Translations under genes and position numbers: made by a program | Assembly (NCBI GenBank): GCA_048940925.1 | Contig: JBHLOC010000001.1 | Coordinates: 160,001 to 224,000 of the forward strand | Reading direction: 5' to 3' | Length of the DNA stretch: 64,000 nt | DNA from: Promethearchaeota archaeon | Lineage (GTDB): Archaea > Asgardarchaeota > Lokiarchaeia > Sigyniarchaeales > SOKP01 | Shown here: positions 38,583 to 48,673 of the stretch, piece after piece | How positions within the stretch are numbered: the first letter of the stretch is position 1 | How the letters are laid out: each line of letters begins with the position of its first letter | Notes under the pieces: generated by a model | Told to the model about the DNA's origin: nothing | Databases searched by the model: none | Seen by the model: the letters and a program-made list of their open reading frames with translations, nothing else

Positions 38583-39089
38583 TTATTCTTTAAATATAGA
38601 GATCAAATTTTTCAGCTTTATTTCTTTAATAATATTCTTCATAGTAGCTTTGCCTAGGGGTGCTACTTTTATTATTCCTAAATCTTCAAATTTTCTTAGA
38701 TAATCATTGTCAAGTAAGAATTGTATATCAGTATCCCAAACATTGGCAAAGATTTCTTTTAAATCTTCAATTTTCATATTATCATCAAGTTCTTTACTGA
38801 AAGCAACTATCAAGGCTAAAACACCATATTGAGATGGTGTAACATCATCATCTTTACCCTCGGAAGTTAAAATATAAAAAGTTTGTTCGAGAAATTTAGT
38901 TTTAATTAGTTCAAACCCAATACTTTTCAAATTCACATAGACTTCACTCATTACTTGTTCAAAATTCAATTCTTTACTTAAATTCTTAAGATCTTCTTCT
39001 CTTATAATCTTTTGAGGATTAGTTAAAATCATTTTGGTAATAGTTTTTATAATTTCTTTATTTTCTTTTAACGCCATTATTAGTATCAT
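38583..39089 (-). CDS. Tandem winged-helix, kite (Nse1/Nse3-MAGE/ScpB)-like protein
   Basis: FEQVMSEVYVNLKSIGFEL...FYILTS...GVLALIVA...LLDNDYL resembles the kite consensus; adjacent to the SMC-like gene. Confidence 0.5.
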   Translation of the reverse strand: MILIMALKENKEIIKTITKMILTNPQKIIREEDLKNLSKELNFEQVMSEVYVNLKSIGFELIKTKFLEQTFYILTSEGKDDDVTPSQYGVLALIVAFSKELDDNMKIEDLKEIFANVWDTDIQFLLDNDYLRKFEDLGIIKVAPLGKATMKNIIKEIKLKNLISIFKE

Positions 39090-40726
39090 CCATTTTCTTG
39101 AATCTTTATTATTTTTAAGTATTTTATTTCTTTTTTCATTTCTAGATTTGAAAGAATAAATATTAAATTAACAGTAGAAAGATTTTCATCCTTTTCAAAG
39201 AGAGGTAAGATTTTTCTGATTGTCCTAAAAATCGATCCTGCTTTATTGTAAATACTTGGGATAAATAAATTTGAAAAGATAATATTGTTATTTTTAACTT
39301 GGAGTTCTATTGAAATATAATATGTAATAATAAAAAATATCTTCTCAGGTGTAGTTAATTCATTAAAAGTAATTTTCTCCCGATTATTTCGAACAAATCC
39401 GATTTTTATTAAATAGGTCTTATTATCATTGCTTAAGTGAATTCTAAAATTTGATTTTAAATTAATTTCTTGTAAGAATTTGTTAATTAATGATTCAAGT
39501 TCCTCAATCTTAGATTCTAATCTTTGATAACATTCACATATTTCTGTAATCTGCTCTAAATTTTTTTCTATTTTAATTTCACTCTTATGAATTTTCAAGT
39601 TATTAATAATATCATCTAATTTTTTCTTTATTCTTGATAAATCTTCTGGATTATGAATATCATATAGGTCTTCTGGAATTAGAATTGTTTTCAATTCATC
39701 ATTAGTTTTTTTAATGTCATCTTCGATGTTATGTTTCGATCTTATTGATTTTAAATCAATTCCATCAAAATCTTCATGAAAACTATTCTTATTTGCCAGA
39801 ATATTTTCTTTAAGTTCAAGTTGTAATTTTTCAACTCTCTCTTCATCTGTTTTAATAATACTGTTGAGCTTTTCATAATCTCGTTTATATACTTCATAAA
39901 GAGGGTTAAATTCGTTGTATTTTAATTTAGTTTCGCCTATTTTTTGATTAACATTATTAATTTCACTTTGTATCTCTTTAGCTTTCTTCTGAAAAACCCT
40001 TATTTTTTGAGCATTCGTTAGATTTTCATCAATTTCAGGAATTATATTAGATTCTTCTTGCTCTTTTATAGGAGTTCCAGACATTTCACGTGTTATTCTA
40101 TTAATTTGACTGAAAAATTCTTTTTTTTGATTTGTTAAATCTTTAACTTTTAACTCGTACTTTTTGATATTGTTATTAATCTGGTCAATTTGATTCTTTC
40201 GTTGAAGATAATCTTCTTCAAGATATTTCAAGTTCTTTTTATTCTCATTTATAGAATCATTTAACTTATATAGTAAATCAGAAATTGCAGTTATATCACT
40301 TACTTTTCTATACTCTTCCGTAATTTCTAATTCTTTTAAAAAATTTTCCTTTTTTTTTAAAAGAAAGTTAAATCTGAGAAGCAATATAATTGACTCTATA
40401 ATTTTACTGTACTGTGAGATCATTGCAATGTTTTTTTCCATAAGATCATGAAATTCATTGATAAGGCTTATCAATGTTAAGCCTTTTTCAAATAGTTCAG
40501 AATCTTCTAATCGCTCTACATAGATCTTAGTTAATTTTTTTAATGGGATTAAATCAATGTCCTCAAGGATTTCGGAGAAGACTTCATTTTTGAGATAATC
40601 TACCATGTTCTTTTTAAATCTTCCTTTTATTACTGTATATCTATCTTGAATTGAAATTTCCGTAGAACCAATGGAAAATTTAAAATAATCTTCTGTAATC
40701 TTAAAACCCTTTAATTGATAATTTAG
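39086..40726 (-). CDS. SMC/Rad50-like coiled-coil protein with degenerate ABC head (start probably upstream of ATG 40606, CTA 40726 proposed)
   Basis: N-terminal YQLKGFKI..FKFSIGSTEISI..YTVIKG, long coiled coil, C-terminal ELTTPEK and IIFSN at the signature and Walker B positions. Confidence 0.55.
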   Translation of the reverse strand, partial: LNYQLKGFKITEDYFKFSIGSTEISIQDRYTVIKGRFKKNMVDYLKNEVFSEILEDIDLIPLKKLTKIYVERLEDSELFEKGLTLISLINEFHDLMEKNIAMISQYSKIIESIILLLRFNFLLKKKENFLKELEITEEYRKVSDITAISDLLYKLNDSINENKKNLKYLEEDYLQRKNQIDQINNNIKKYELKVKDLTNQKKEFFSQINRITREMSGTPIKEQEESNIIPEIDENLTNAQKIRVFQKKAKEIQSEINNVNQKIGETKLKYNEFNPLYEVYKRDYEKLNSIIKTDEERVEKLQLELKENILANKNSFHEDFDGIDLKSIRSKHNIEDDIKKTNDELKTILIPEDLYDIHNPEDLSRIKKKLDDIINNLKIHKSEIKIEKNLEQITEICECYQRLESKIEELESLINKFLQEINLKSNFRIHLSNDNKTYLIKIGFVRNNREKITFNELTTPEKIFFIITYYISIELQVKNNNIIFSNLFIPSIYNKAGSIFRTIRKILPLFEKDENLSTVNLIFILSNLEMKKEIKYLKIIKIQENG

Positions 40727-41763
40727 TCGTTCTCGAAATGATTTTTGTATTTCTTATACTCTTTTTCTTTTTTGATTTTTCTTTCCCTAATTAAATCGAG
40801 AGGATCTTGTTCATCATCTTTTTGAATTAAATACTTCTCTGCAAAACTTTTGTCTAATTTTGATTTAAATTTCTCTATTTTTTCTGATACTTCATCACTA
40901 ATTTCTATTTTTTTAGTTTTTTTATTTGTAGTTCTTATATTGCTCAATTTCTCTCGAGATTTTTTACGAATTTTTCTCTCAAAATCTTTATCAGATAATT
41001 TTAAATAATCCTTGTAAGCTTCTTTTTGCTCTTCTTGTTTCTTTTTCAATTTTTCTAGTTCTTCTCTTTCTTTTGCTTTTGCTATAAATTCTTTTTTCGT
41101 CTCCAGTTCTTTTTGGGTTAATTTGCTCTTGATATCTTTAAGAAATTCTGGAAACGTGATATTCGGATCATCGAGAAAGGCTACTTCAAAATCTTTTATT
41201 AAAGAGGGATCAGTATCTTTAGGTATTTTACTCAATTCTAATTTGAGTTTATCTTGGATTAAATTTTCATAGTACAAATCAATTTTTTTTATAGTACTTA
41301 AAAATAGTGAGTTTTGTTTTAATGAATCTAAAATTTCTATCCATTGAGTAACTTCTATTGATGGGACAAATGATATCTCATGTATAGCTTTATTAATTTT
41401 TCTTTTTTCAATCAAATATAATCCAATTTCTCTTAGAACTCTTTGATTTAATTTGAGTCTTTTTAATCGCTCTTGGTTTTTTTCTTTAAATTTTTTGATC
41501 AAACTCTCCTGAAGATATAAAAAACTGTTTATATTATCCTTTGATATATATTCTAAGTTCTTTTTTAGATCATTTATCAAATTTATTATATCTTCAATTT
41601 GAGAAAGGAAAACTTTATTCGTAAAATCATGAATTACTGACTGCTTAAAAGTATTAATATTGATATAATCTTCATTTAATTGATAGAATTTTGCTTGAAG
41701 CACATCTATCGAGGATGTTAAATCCTTAATTTTCTCAAGGTTGAACGATTGGTTTCCTATCAT
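40723..41763 (-). CDS. Hypothetical coiled-coil protein
   Basis: 346-aa ORF, charged helical C-terminus, operonic. Confidence 0.7.
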   Translation of the reverse strand: MIGNQSFNLEKIKDLTSSIDVLQAKFYQLNEDYININTFKQSVIHDFTNKVFLSQIEDIINLINDLKKNLEYISKDNINSFLYLQESLIKKFKEKNQERLKRLKLNQRVLREIGLYLIEKRKINKAIHEISFVPSIEVTQWIEILDSLKQNSLFLSTIKKIDLYYENLIQDKLKLELSKIPKDTDPSLIKDFEVAFLDDPNITFPEFLKDIKSKLTQKELETKKEFIAKAKEREELEKLKKKQEEQKEAYKDYLKLSDKDFERKIRKKSREKLSNIRTTNKKTKKIEISDEVSEKIEKFKSKLDKSFAEKYLIQKDDEQDPLDLIRERKIKKEKEYKKYKNHFEND

Positions 41764-41800
41764 ATTTGATTAAAAATGATATATTTAGATTTTCCTTCTA

Positions 41801-43021
41801 TTAAATTTCAGGGGGACTAGGTAAATCTTTTCTTCCTTCCTCACTAAAGATAGATCTATTAAAAGTGTTCTTAGTACTACTTAAAACGTCTTGTCTTTCA
41901 ACGTGGGAGGCTGTACCACCAACTAAGCGCAATGAATTAAAAAATTCATCATAAGTAAGTAATTCTGTACTAATAGCTTTTAATAACGCAACTCTAATTC
42001 CCCTTTCAATATCAGAACCAGAATACCCATATGTTAATCTTAATAATCCACTTATCTTACTTTTCTTATTAATTTCTTCCCATAAAATATTATCATCGAA
42101 TTCTGAAATTTTTCGGCCTAATTTGGTTTGTAATTCCTTAGCAATCAGCTGAATTTCTATATATTCATTATTTAAATTCGAAAATATTGAGTTATCAACG
42201 CCTATTTTTGCATTCTTTATTTGATTGACAAATGATTCAATAATTTTTTTGCGTAAATGATAATCAGGGAAATTGAATTCAAAGTGGAATGTGAAGCGAC
42301 GCCAAATCGCGGAATCAAGCTGGTGTTGATGATTAGTTGCACCGAAAACTGCTAATGGGACACCTTCATAATTAATCCTGTCGATAACTTGTAAAAAAGA
42401 AATTACAGCTCTTTTAATTTCTCCAACTTCATGAACATTTGACCTTTCAGAGCCAATAGCATCAATTTCATCGAAAAACAGGATAAAGGCTCCTCTCTCT
42501 TTTGAAATTTCTGCTGCTAATTCAATAACACCTCTAATGTTCTTTATTGTGTCTCCCAATAATGGCGATACAAGTCTATCGGATTCTACAATACATATAG
42601 GTATATCGTATTTTTTAGCAAATCCCCTTGTTAAAGAAGTTTTACCAGTACCAGGAGGACCATATAGAAGTACTGTTAAATTAGGGGTCAATTTTGTATC
42701 CTTTAGTTGTTCTGTAAACTCCTCGTATTTTATCAAAGCTCTAAAAAAATCATCTAAAATTTCCTTTTTTATTTCATTTCCTAAAATATCTTCTACGGAC
42801 TCTTTTATATCTGCTGAAAAATATACAGCTCCATACTTTCCTAATCGCTCTTTTATCACATCGTCGCTATAAATGGTCTTTGCCTCACCATAATCTTTCT
42901 TTTCTGTAGTGATTGAAGATTTGATACTGAATTCTTCTTTTTTGTATTCTAAGTGAGCTTCATATGTTTTTCCTCTAAAGTGTTTTTTTTTACATAATGT
43001 GCAGTAATAAGGTAAAGACAT
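41801..43021 (-). CDS. AAA+ ATPase with N-terminal CxxC-H-H Zn finger
   Basis: YGPPGTGKT, FFDEIDAI, ATN, LDSAIWRRF, GYSGSDI; YYCTLCKKKH...H. Confidence 0.9.
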   Translation of the reverse strand: MSLPYYCTLCKKKHFRGKTYEAHLEYKKEEFSIKSSITTEKKDYGEAKTIYSDDVIKERLGKYGAVYFSADIKESVEDILGNEIKKEILDDFFRALIKYEEFTEQLKDTKLTPNLTVLLYGPPGTGKTSLTRGFAKKYDIPICIVESDRLVSPLLGDTIKNIRGVIELAAEISKERGAFILFFDEIDAIGSERSNVHEVGEIKRAVISFLQVIDRINYEGVPLAVFGATNHQHQLDSAIWRRFTFHFEFNFPDYHLRKKIIESFVNQIKNAKIGVDNSIFSNLNNEYIEIQLIAKELQTKLGRKISEFDDNILWEEINKKSKISGLLRLTYGYSGSDIERGIRVALLKAISTELLTYDEFFNSLRLVGGTASHVERQDVLSSTKNTFNRSIFSEEGRKDLPSPPEI

Positions 43022-43139
43022 AATTTCATCAACTAATTTTTGTTATTTCATTTTTTATTGTTATTATTTTATTCTTAAATTAAAGGATGAGATATAATTT
43101 ATTGTTGAAATAAATTATAATTATCCCATTTTTTGTGTA

Positions 43140-44447
43140 TCATAAATTTTTCCTTTCTTTATCAAATTTTTCACAGTAATTTGCTATTTGATTAATAAAG
43201 TCTTTAAGGTTATCAATTTGAGACCCTATGAAATTAAATATTTCCTTGCGGTATTGAATAGAATCTCTAATTTTCATTTTGTCTATCCCTAGATAATTAG
43301 GAAAGCATATAAGTTTCATTAAATAAGGAAGGATCTTTTCGTTTGTTTGTAAATCTTTAAAGATTGCATAAAAAATATTCTCATCAGACAATTTCCATTT
43401 TAATATACCCATGTAAATCAAAAAAGCAAAATTCATTGATATCCAATTTACTAATTCCCTTGATAGAAATCCCCTTCTTTGAGAAGCGAATGCCAAATAA
43501 TAAGTTATTAATGTTTCATTGCTAAATTGAGGTAATAGTCTTATAGTACCATCAGTTTGCTTAATTTCACGTAAAAAATTATTATCAAGTAGAATATCAA
43601 CAAAATCTTCTTGTGGTGCTAGAAATATACCATCAATTAACCGTAAACCTATACGTTCAACCACCTTTTCTATGGCTTCTTCTTCAGCGTTCGCAATTGA
43701 ATCAATATAGGGTAGAAATACATCATTTTTTAAGATCATTGGAATTTCATAATTCTCTTTTTCAGGAAATTCCCCAAAATTAGGGTCCAAATTATAAAGT
43801 GAGGTTATATTATTAATAATTTGATATACTTTTGGAGAAATAACTGGAATTTCAAAATAATCTGAAATTTCTAATTTTTCTCTATAATAAGTATGGGATT
43901 GTAATATGTGGCGTTGGCATTCATAGAAATCTGGTGAATTTTGTAACAATTTTTCATATATGATTTTTAAACTTGAGCCTCTTGGGAATAATTTTTCTTC
44001 AATGAATTTTACTAATTGGTAGAGATAAGTATTCTCTAAATTTAGTTCATCGGGATTAGTGATATGACGCAAAATGTTTAAAGCATCTACAGATTCATGC
44101 AAAAAATCTATTATATAATCTTTAATATCTATTATTGGAATTTCTTCTCGATATTTTATTATAAAGTCTTTAACAATCTCATATACATTTGATCTATACA
44201 TAGCAGAAAATTCTGAAAGCGCTCTAACTTTACGTATATTTCTTTTTTCTTCTTCCTGTCGAATTTTATCTAAAACCTCAGTATCAAATAGCAGATCAGG
44301 ATCTAAATCAATAATTATTCTTCTTGTTTCTCTTAAAATAGGACGCATATGGCTTATAAATGTTAAATACCTGGGAAGGATATCTGTCCATTTTTCTCTT
44401 TTCCTTCCAGGTTTTATAGTTCTTGTTGATTTTTTTTTATAACTCAT
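43140..44447 (-). CDS. Hypothetical protein
   Basis: 435-aa ORF, operonic. Confidence 0.75.
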   Translation of the reverse strand: MSYKKKSTRTIKPGRKREKWTDILPRYLTFISHMRPILRETRRIIIDLDPDLLFDTEVLDKIRQEEEKRNIRKVRALSEFSAMYRSNVYEIVKDFIIKYREEIPIIDIKDYIIDFLHESVDALNILRHITNPDELNLENTYLYQLVKFIEEKLFPRGSSLKIIYEKLLQNSPDFYECQRHILQSHTYYREKLEISDYFEIPVISPKVYQIINNITSLYNLDPNFGEFPEKENYEIPMILKNDVFLPYIDSIANAEEEAIEKVVERIGLRLIDGIFLAPQEDFVDILLDNNFLREIKQTDGTIRLLPQFSNETLITYYLAFASQRRGFLSRELVNWISMNFAFLIYMGILKWKLSDENIFYAIFKDLQTNEKILPYLMKLICFPNYLGIDKMKIRDSIQYRKEIFNFIGSQIDNLKDFINQIANYCEKFDKERKNL

Positions 44448-44471
44448 TTATGAAATATACAACTCCCTATC

Positions 44472-45611
44472 TTATTCTTCCTCATATCCTACTAAAATTT
44501 CAGTGAAAATATTAGATATTTCAACAAAGATTGGTATTTCAACTCGACATAAATTCCCAAGGATCCATTTATTAACATCTTTAAGGAGAAATCTTATTTG
44601 ATTATGGATTTTTTTATTAATCTCGGAATCCACTATTTTTGAGAGCCATAAACCTCCTCCTACTCTATATGCAACAATTTTAATGAGTGGTTCAAACAAG
44701 GGTTCTAACACTTGTTTTATCATCCATGATTTCGGAATAACACTCATATTCTCCGCTTTAAAAGTGGGGTCGTTTAAAATTGGATTCGTTTCATCAACAG
44801 ATAATTTAGGCATAAAACTTAGCAACAATATTAGAGCAAAAATTGCAGATATACCATTAATTGTAAAAGAACCCCCGATTTTATTGATATCATCCCTATA
44901 AATAGCAACATTAGCAAGAAACATACAAATAAATACGTTTCTATCAAAATCTTCAGAAACATAAGCATAACCTAATTCTTCGTCAATAACCAAGTATTTT
45001 TCTTCAAGAATTTGAATAATATCATCCGGAAAAGTATAAAATGTATATACTTTTTCCTCACTCCTTCTTATATCTTTCTCAATAAGGAGCTCTTTTGAAA
45101 CAAGGCCAAACATACCAACTAATTCTTCAAGCTGCTTTTTTATATAATGTTTGGGTTTATTAGGATCTCCAAACATTGCAAAAAATTGATGATCGACAAT
45201 GTGAAAATCATTTCTTTTACTAAATGCTTCCACCATTCTATCTATTATTGGTCCTTGAGCTCCTGAGGCAATAGCTTTAGCTTTTGATGTTACAAATCCA
45301 TTTAATAATTCATTTATAATGAAATCTTGTTCATGATTTCTTGATTGTAAAATTAACTCGACTGCTTCAGAAAAGCTTTTAGTGTTTGGAAAAAACGCAT
45401 TTTGTATCTTTTCATTTATAGATTTTACAAAAATATCTCCATTATTATTAGGGAAATGAAGTTTCATATTGTTTAATCTTTGGATAAGTGCTTCTTTGGC
45501 TCCTGGAATATTTTCAACATCTCTTTTTTGTAATTCTTCTATTGCTTTTTCAAGTCCATTTTCAAAATCAATCAATAACTTTTTCCACGTTGTATCTTGC
45601 ACTTCTACCAT
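44472..45611 (-). CDS. Hypothetical protein
   Basis: 379-aa ORF with GAGGAG SD. Confidence 0.75.
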   Translation of the reverse strand: MVEVQDTTWKKLLIDFENGLEKAIEELQKRDVENIPGAKEALIQRLNNMKLHFPNNNGDIFVKSINEKIQNAFFPNTKSFSEAVELILQSRNHEQDFIINELLNGFVTSKAKAIASGAQGPIIDRMVEAFSKRNDFHIVDHQFFAMFGDPNKPKHYIKKQLEELVGMFGLVSKELLIEKDIRRSEEKVYTFYTFPDDIIQILEEKYLVIDEELGYAYVSEDFDRNVFICMFLANVAIYRDDINKIGGSFTINGISAIFALILLLSFMPKLSVDETNPILNDPTFKAENMSVIPKSWMIKQVLEPLFEPLIKIVAYRVGGGLWLSKIVDSEINKKIHNQIRFLLKDVNKWILGNLCRVEIPIFVEISNIFTEILVGYEEE

Positions 45612-45640
45612 ATTTACTCCTCTACTATTAAAAATATCTA

Positions 45641-46603
45641 CTAATTAATATTCCAATTTAATTCCGTTGATATTTTTTTTAATGCGCTAATTAAAGGTTT
45701 TATTAGCTTCTTGTCATAAATATTTGGAGAGGATATTCCTCTCTGAGTTTTCCACCCCATTTGGGTACCTTCTCCCATTTCTCTTTGTCCAAATTTTAAA
45801 ATATTGCTAAGATCTCTTACCCACCAGTAAAATCTTAACCATTTTCTGTTTGGATTATCTTTTGAATATATGACTACTAATGCTTTCCATTCACCCATCA
45901 ACCATTTCACTGTTATCCCGCTTATGGGAAGGTAAAAGTTTATTGGAAAATTTCCGTGAAACCGCAAATCGAGATCTGTTGGGGCAATGTTAAAAATCGG
46001 TTGATTATATCCTTCTAATATTACTATTTCTCCACAATGTTGACATTCATAATGTGATTTCATTTTGTCCATTTTATTTGCACATTTTGGGCACGTTCTG
46101 TTTTCAATAATCCTATACTTAATGATTTCTAAATTTTTTTCTTTTTCTAAATCTTCTTCTGATTTAGACCCCTGTTTTCCAAAGCTTCCACCCCAACTCC
46201 AAATATCATCAAATGATTCATCAAATTTTTCTAAAGCAATAATGGTATTATGAAGTACTTCTCTATCATAAATTTTAAACATCCCTGCATGTTGCAGATT
46301 TTTCCACCAAGATAATCTAACGTACTTTTCCTCTTTTAAATAGGCACTATGACAAATTAAAGCCGCAAATATTCGATTTTCGGTTTTAATTATAGTAATT
46401 CCTTTCTCACAAATTTCATATTGTTTATTTAAACTAGCATTTTTATGAAAATATTCACCATCCTGAAATTCACCTTTTTCGATCTTTGCTTTTTCCTCAG
46501 TAGATTCTTTATCTTTCTCTTTTACTATCTTTTTACATTGAGGACATTGAAAAATTCCAGCAACTAAAGGTTCCATCTCTATATTACATACAGGACATTT
46601 CAA
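45641..46603 (-). CDS. Internally duplicated Zn-ribbon + PC4-like domain protein
   Basis: Two CPxC..CxxC ribbons, each followed by a related module (YVRLSWW..IYD / WLRFYWW..IYD). Confidence 0.6.
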   Translation of the reverse strand: MKCPVCNIEMEPLVAGIFQCPQCKKIVKEKDKESTEEKAKIEKGEFQDGEYFHKNASLNKQYEICEKGITIIKTENRIFAALICHSAYLKEEKYVRLSWWKNLQHAGMFKIYDREVLHNTIIALEKFDESFDDIWSWGGSFGKQGSKSEEDLEKEKNLEIIKYRIIENRTCPKCANKMDKMKSHYECQHCGEIVILEGYNQPIFNIAPTDLDLRFHGNFPINFYLPISGITVKWLMGEWKALVVIYSKDNPNRKWLRFYWWVRDLSNILKFGQREMGEGTQMGWKTQRGISSPNIYDKKLIKPLISALKKISTELNWNIN

Positions 46604-46605
46604 AT

Positions 46606-47706
46606 TTATTCTTCACTCATAGATATTATCAATCTTTCATAATCCAAATTCAAGAGCTTTAATTCTTTCTTTGTTAATTTTTTAATTTTCTTGTTAATAT
46701 GAATCAATTCTTTTCTAAGATCGATTAAAGTATTTTGAATATTATTTAAGATATTTTCTTCATTGTATGTAACTTTTTCAATAAATTCAAGATACCTGAA
46801 CTTTTTATTCTTGCCTGAATAAAATTTTTTTAATTCAACTATATTATCTTCAATCTTTTTCATTTGATATCTTAACTTTAGTAATAATAATAACTTCGAT
46901 TTCCATTCTTTAAATAAAGTACTTTCATTATCAACCTTGTCGAACTTAAATTTATCCGAAAGTGGAATCTTCTCATCTTTCAAGTATTTTATTATTTCTT
47001 TATTCTCATCAATAGCTTTATGTATTTTTTTTAGAACAGGTTTAGTGTTTAAAGTAGAGTCGAAAATCTCAACAAATTCGTTAATTTTTTCTTTAATTTC
47101 AATAAATCTTTGATAAAATCCATCAATAGTTACTTCTATTTTAATTAATTGATATATGTTCCCGAATTGATCTAAAATATAGTATAAATCGTCTGATAAA
47201 GCATAATCATGTTCACCAATTTCATAAATTAAACGGTGGATAACACTCGTTTTCTCACATCTTACACCCTTTAATCTTGTTAATGCTAAATTGAAATTTC
47301 TTCGCGTTAATGACTTAAATTTTTTGTTTATTAGTAAGTAAAGAGTATCATCTGGAATAGATATTATATCTTGTTCTATGGTTATTGTTTCTTCTCCTAG
47401 TTTTATTATAAAATCATCATCTTTTTGTTCAAACTCTCTTTTACTGCGAATATTTTTAATTAGTCCTAAGTCAATGTATATTTCAATGAATTCTTCTTCC
47501 CAGGAATTAATAAGATTACTTTTATAAATTTCGTCTAACAATAATATTTTACTATAAGATTCATTGATATTTACTTCGCTCAAATCTTTAAACAAATCAT
47601 TTCTAATGATATATAGAAATAATATAATATACCTCATATCAATATCGTCTAAAATGGTGTTAATTAAATTTACATCATCTTCTAATGTTAAGTCATTATG
47701 TTCCAT
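46606..47706 (-). CDS. Hypothetical protein (possible winged helix + helical bundle)
   Basis: 366-aa ORF, first gene of the operon. Confidence 0.7.
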   Translation of the reverse strand: MEHNDLTLEDDVNLINTILDDIDMRYIILFLYIIRNDLFKDLSEVNINESYSKILLLDEIYKSNLINSWEEEFIEIYIDLGLIKNIRSKREFEQKDDDFIIKLGEETITIEQDIISIPDDTLYLLINKKFKSLTRRNFNLALTRLKGVRCEKTSVIHRLIYEIGEHDYALSDDLYYILDQFGNIYQLIKIEVTIDGFYQRFIEIKEKINEFVEIFDSTLNTKPVLKKIHKAIDENKEIIKYLKDEKIPLSDKFKFDKVDNESTLFKEWKSKLLLLLKLRYQMKKIEDNIVELKKFYSGKNKKFRYLEFIEKVTYNEENILNNIQNTLIDLRKELIHINKKIKKLTKKELKLLNLDYERLIISMSEE

Positions 47707-47918
47707 GCCTAAAATCCACTCAATTATAATTAAACTTTCAAACTATTTCAGCCAAAAAGAGTGATTTAGCTAATTAAGCATCCCTAAAAAATTTTTCTAA
47801 AACCACTTAAAATAATTCTAAATAAAAGCAAAAAATTTTTAGCAAGTGTTTCTAATTAATTAATTAGAAATTAATAACTTATTATTGTAATTAATATCAT
47901 TTTTTGGAGAAAATTAAT

Positions 47919-48497
47919 ATGGGACGTCGAAAAAGAAAACAAGTCAGCCCCAAAAGAGTAAAAAGAGTACCTAAAATTTTCACATGTCCTGAATGCGGTG
48001 AAAAGAGTGTAAAAGTGATTGATATAAAAAAAAAAGGTGCTTTTGCAACTGTGAAATGTGGAAATTGTGGATTAACAAAAGAAGTATTAGTTAATTCGAT
48101 TTCAGAACCTGTTGATGCGTTTGGGGATTTTATTGATATATATTATGCAGATCAGGAGCTCCAAAGGTTAGAACGACGTATTCAAAAATTAAAAGAAGAA
48201 AATGAATGGGGCGAACTAGCATTATCATATTCTATCCTATCAGATCTTTGTAAAACTAAAGCTGCATTATTATTAGAAGAAGAAGATGTTAATTTGGATG
48301 ATGTTAACAAATGGAAAATCAAGGCAGAAGAATATAAACAACTTGAAAAAAACACAATAATAAAACTTGATGCCGATGAATTAGAAAGAGGTGTCCGGAC
48401 TGATGAAGAATCTTTGTTTACTGAAAGCGAAACTAAAATAAAAAAAGAAAGAAAGTTAGATGACATCTTTGATGATCCTGGATTTCTAGAATTTTAA
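47919..48497 (+). CDS. elf1: Transcription elongation factor Elf1 homolog with long C-terminal extension
   Basis: MGRRKRK..FTCPECG..VKCGNCG..EPVDAFGDFID. Confidence 0.85.
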   Translation: MGRRKRKQVSPKRVKRVPKIFTCPECGEKSVKVIDIKKKGAFATVKCGNCGLTKEVLVNSISEPVDAFGDFIDIYYADQELQRLERRIQKLKEENEWGELALSYSILSDLCKTKAALLLEEEDVNLDDVNKWKIKAEEYKQLEKNTIIKLDADELERGVRTDEESLFTESETKIKKERKLDDIFDDPGFLEF

Positions 48498-48673
48498 AGA
48501 TCGAGTATCTATTTTTTCTAACAAGAATTAACTATAATTGACATATAATTATATTATACTTAACTAGAAAATGAATTAGCATATAAGGAATTCCTAATTT
48601 ATTTTGGAAAACAAAATATAATACTATTTTTTTAATTAATAGAAAAAAGAGTAATTGAGATTGGCTATGTTAT

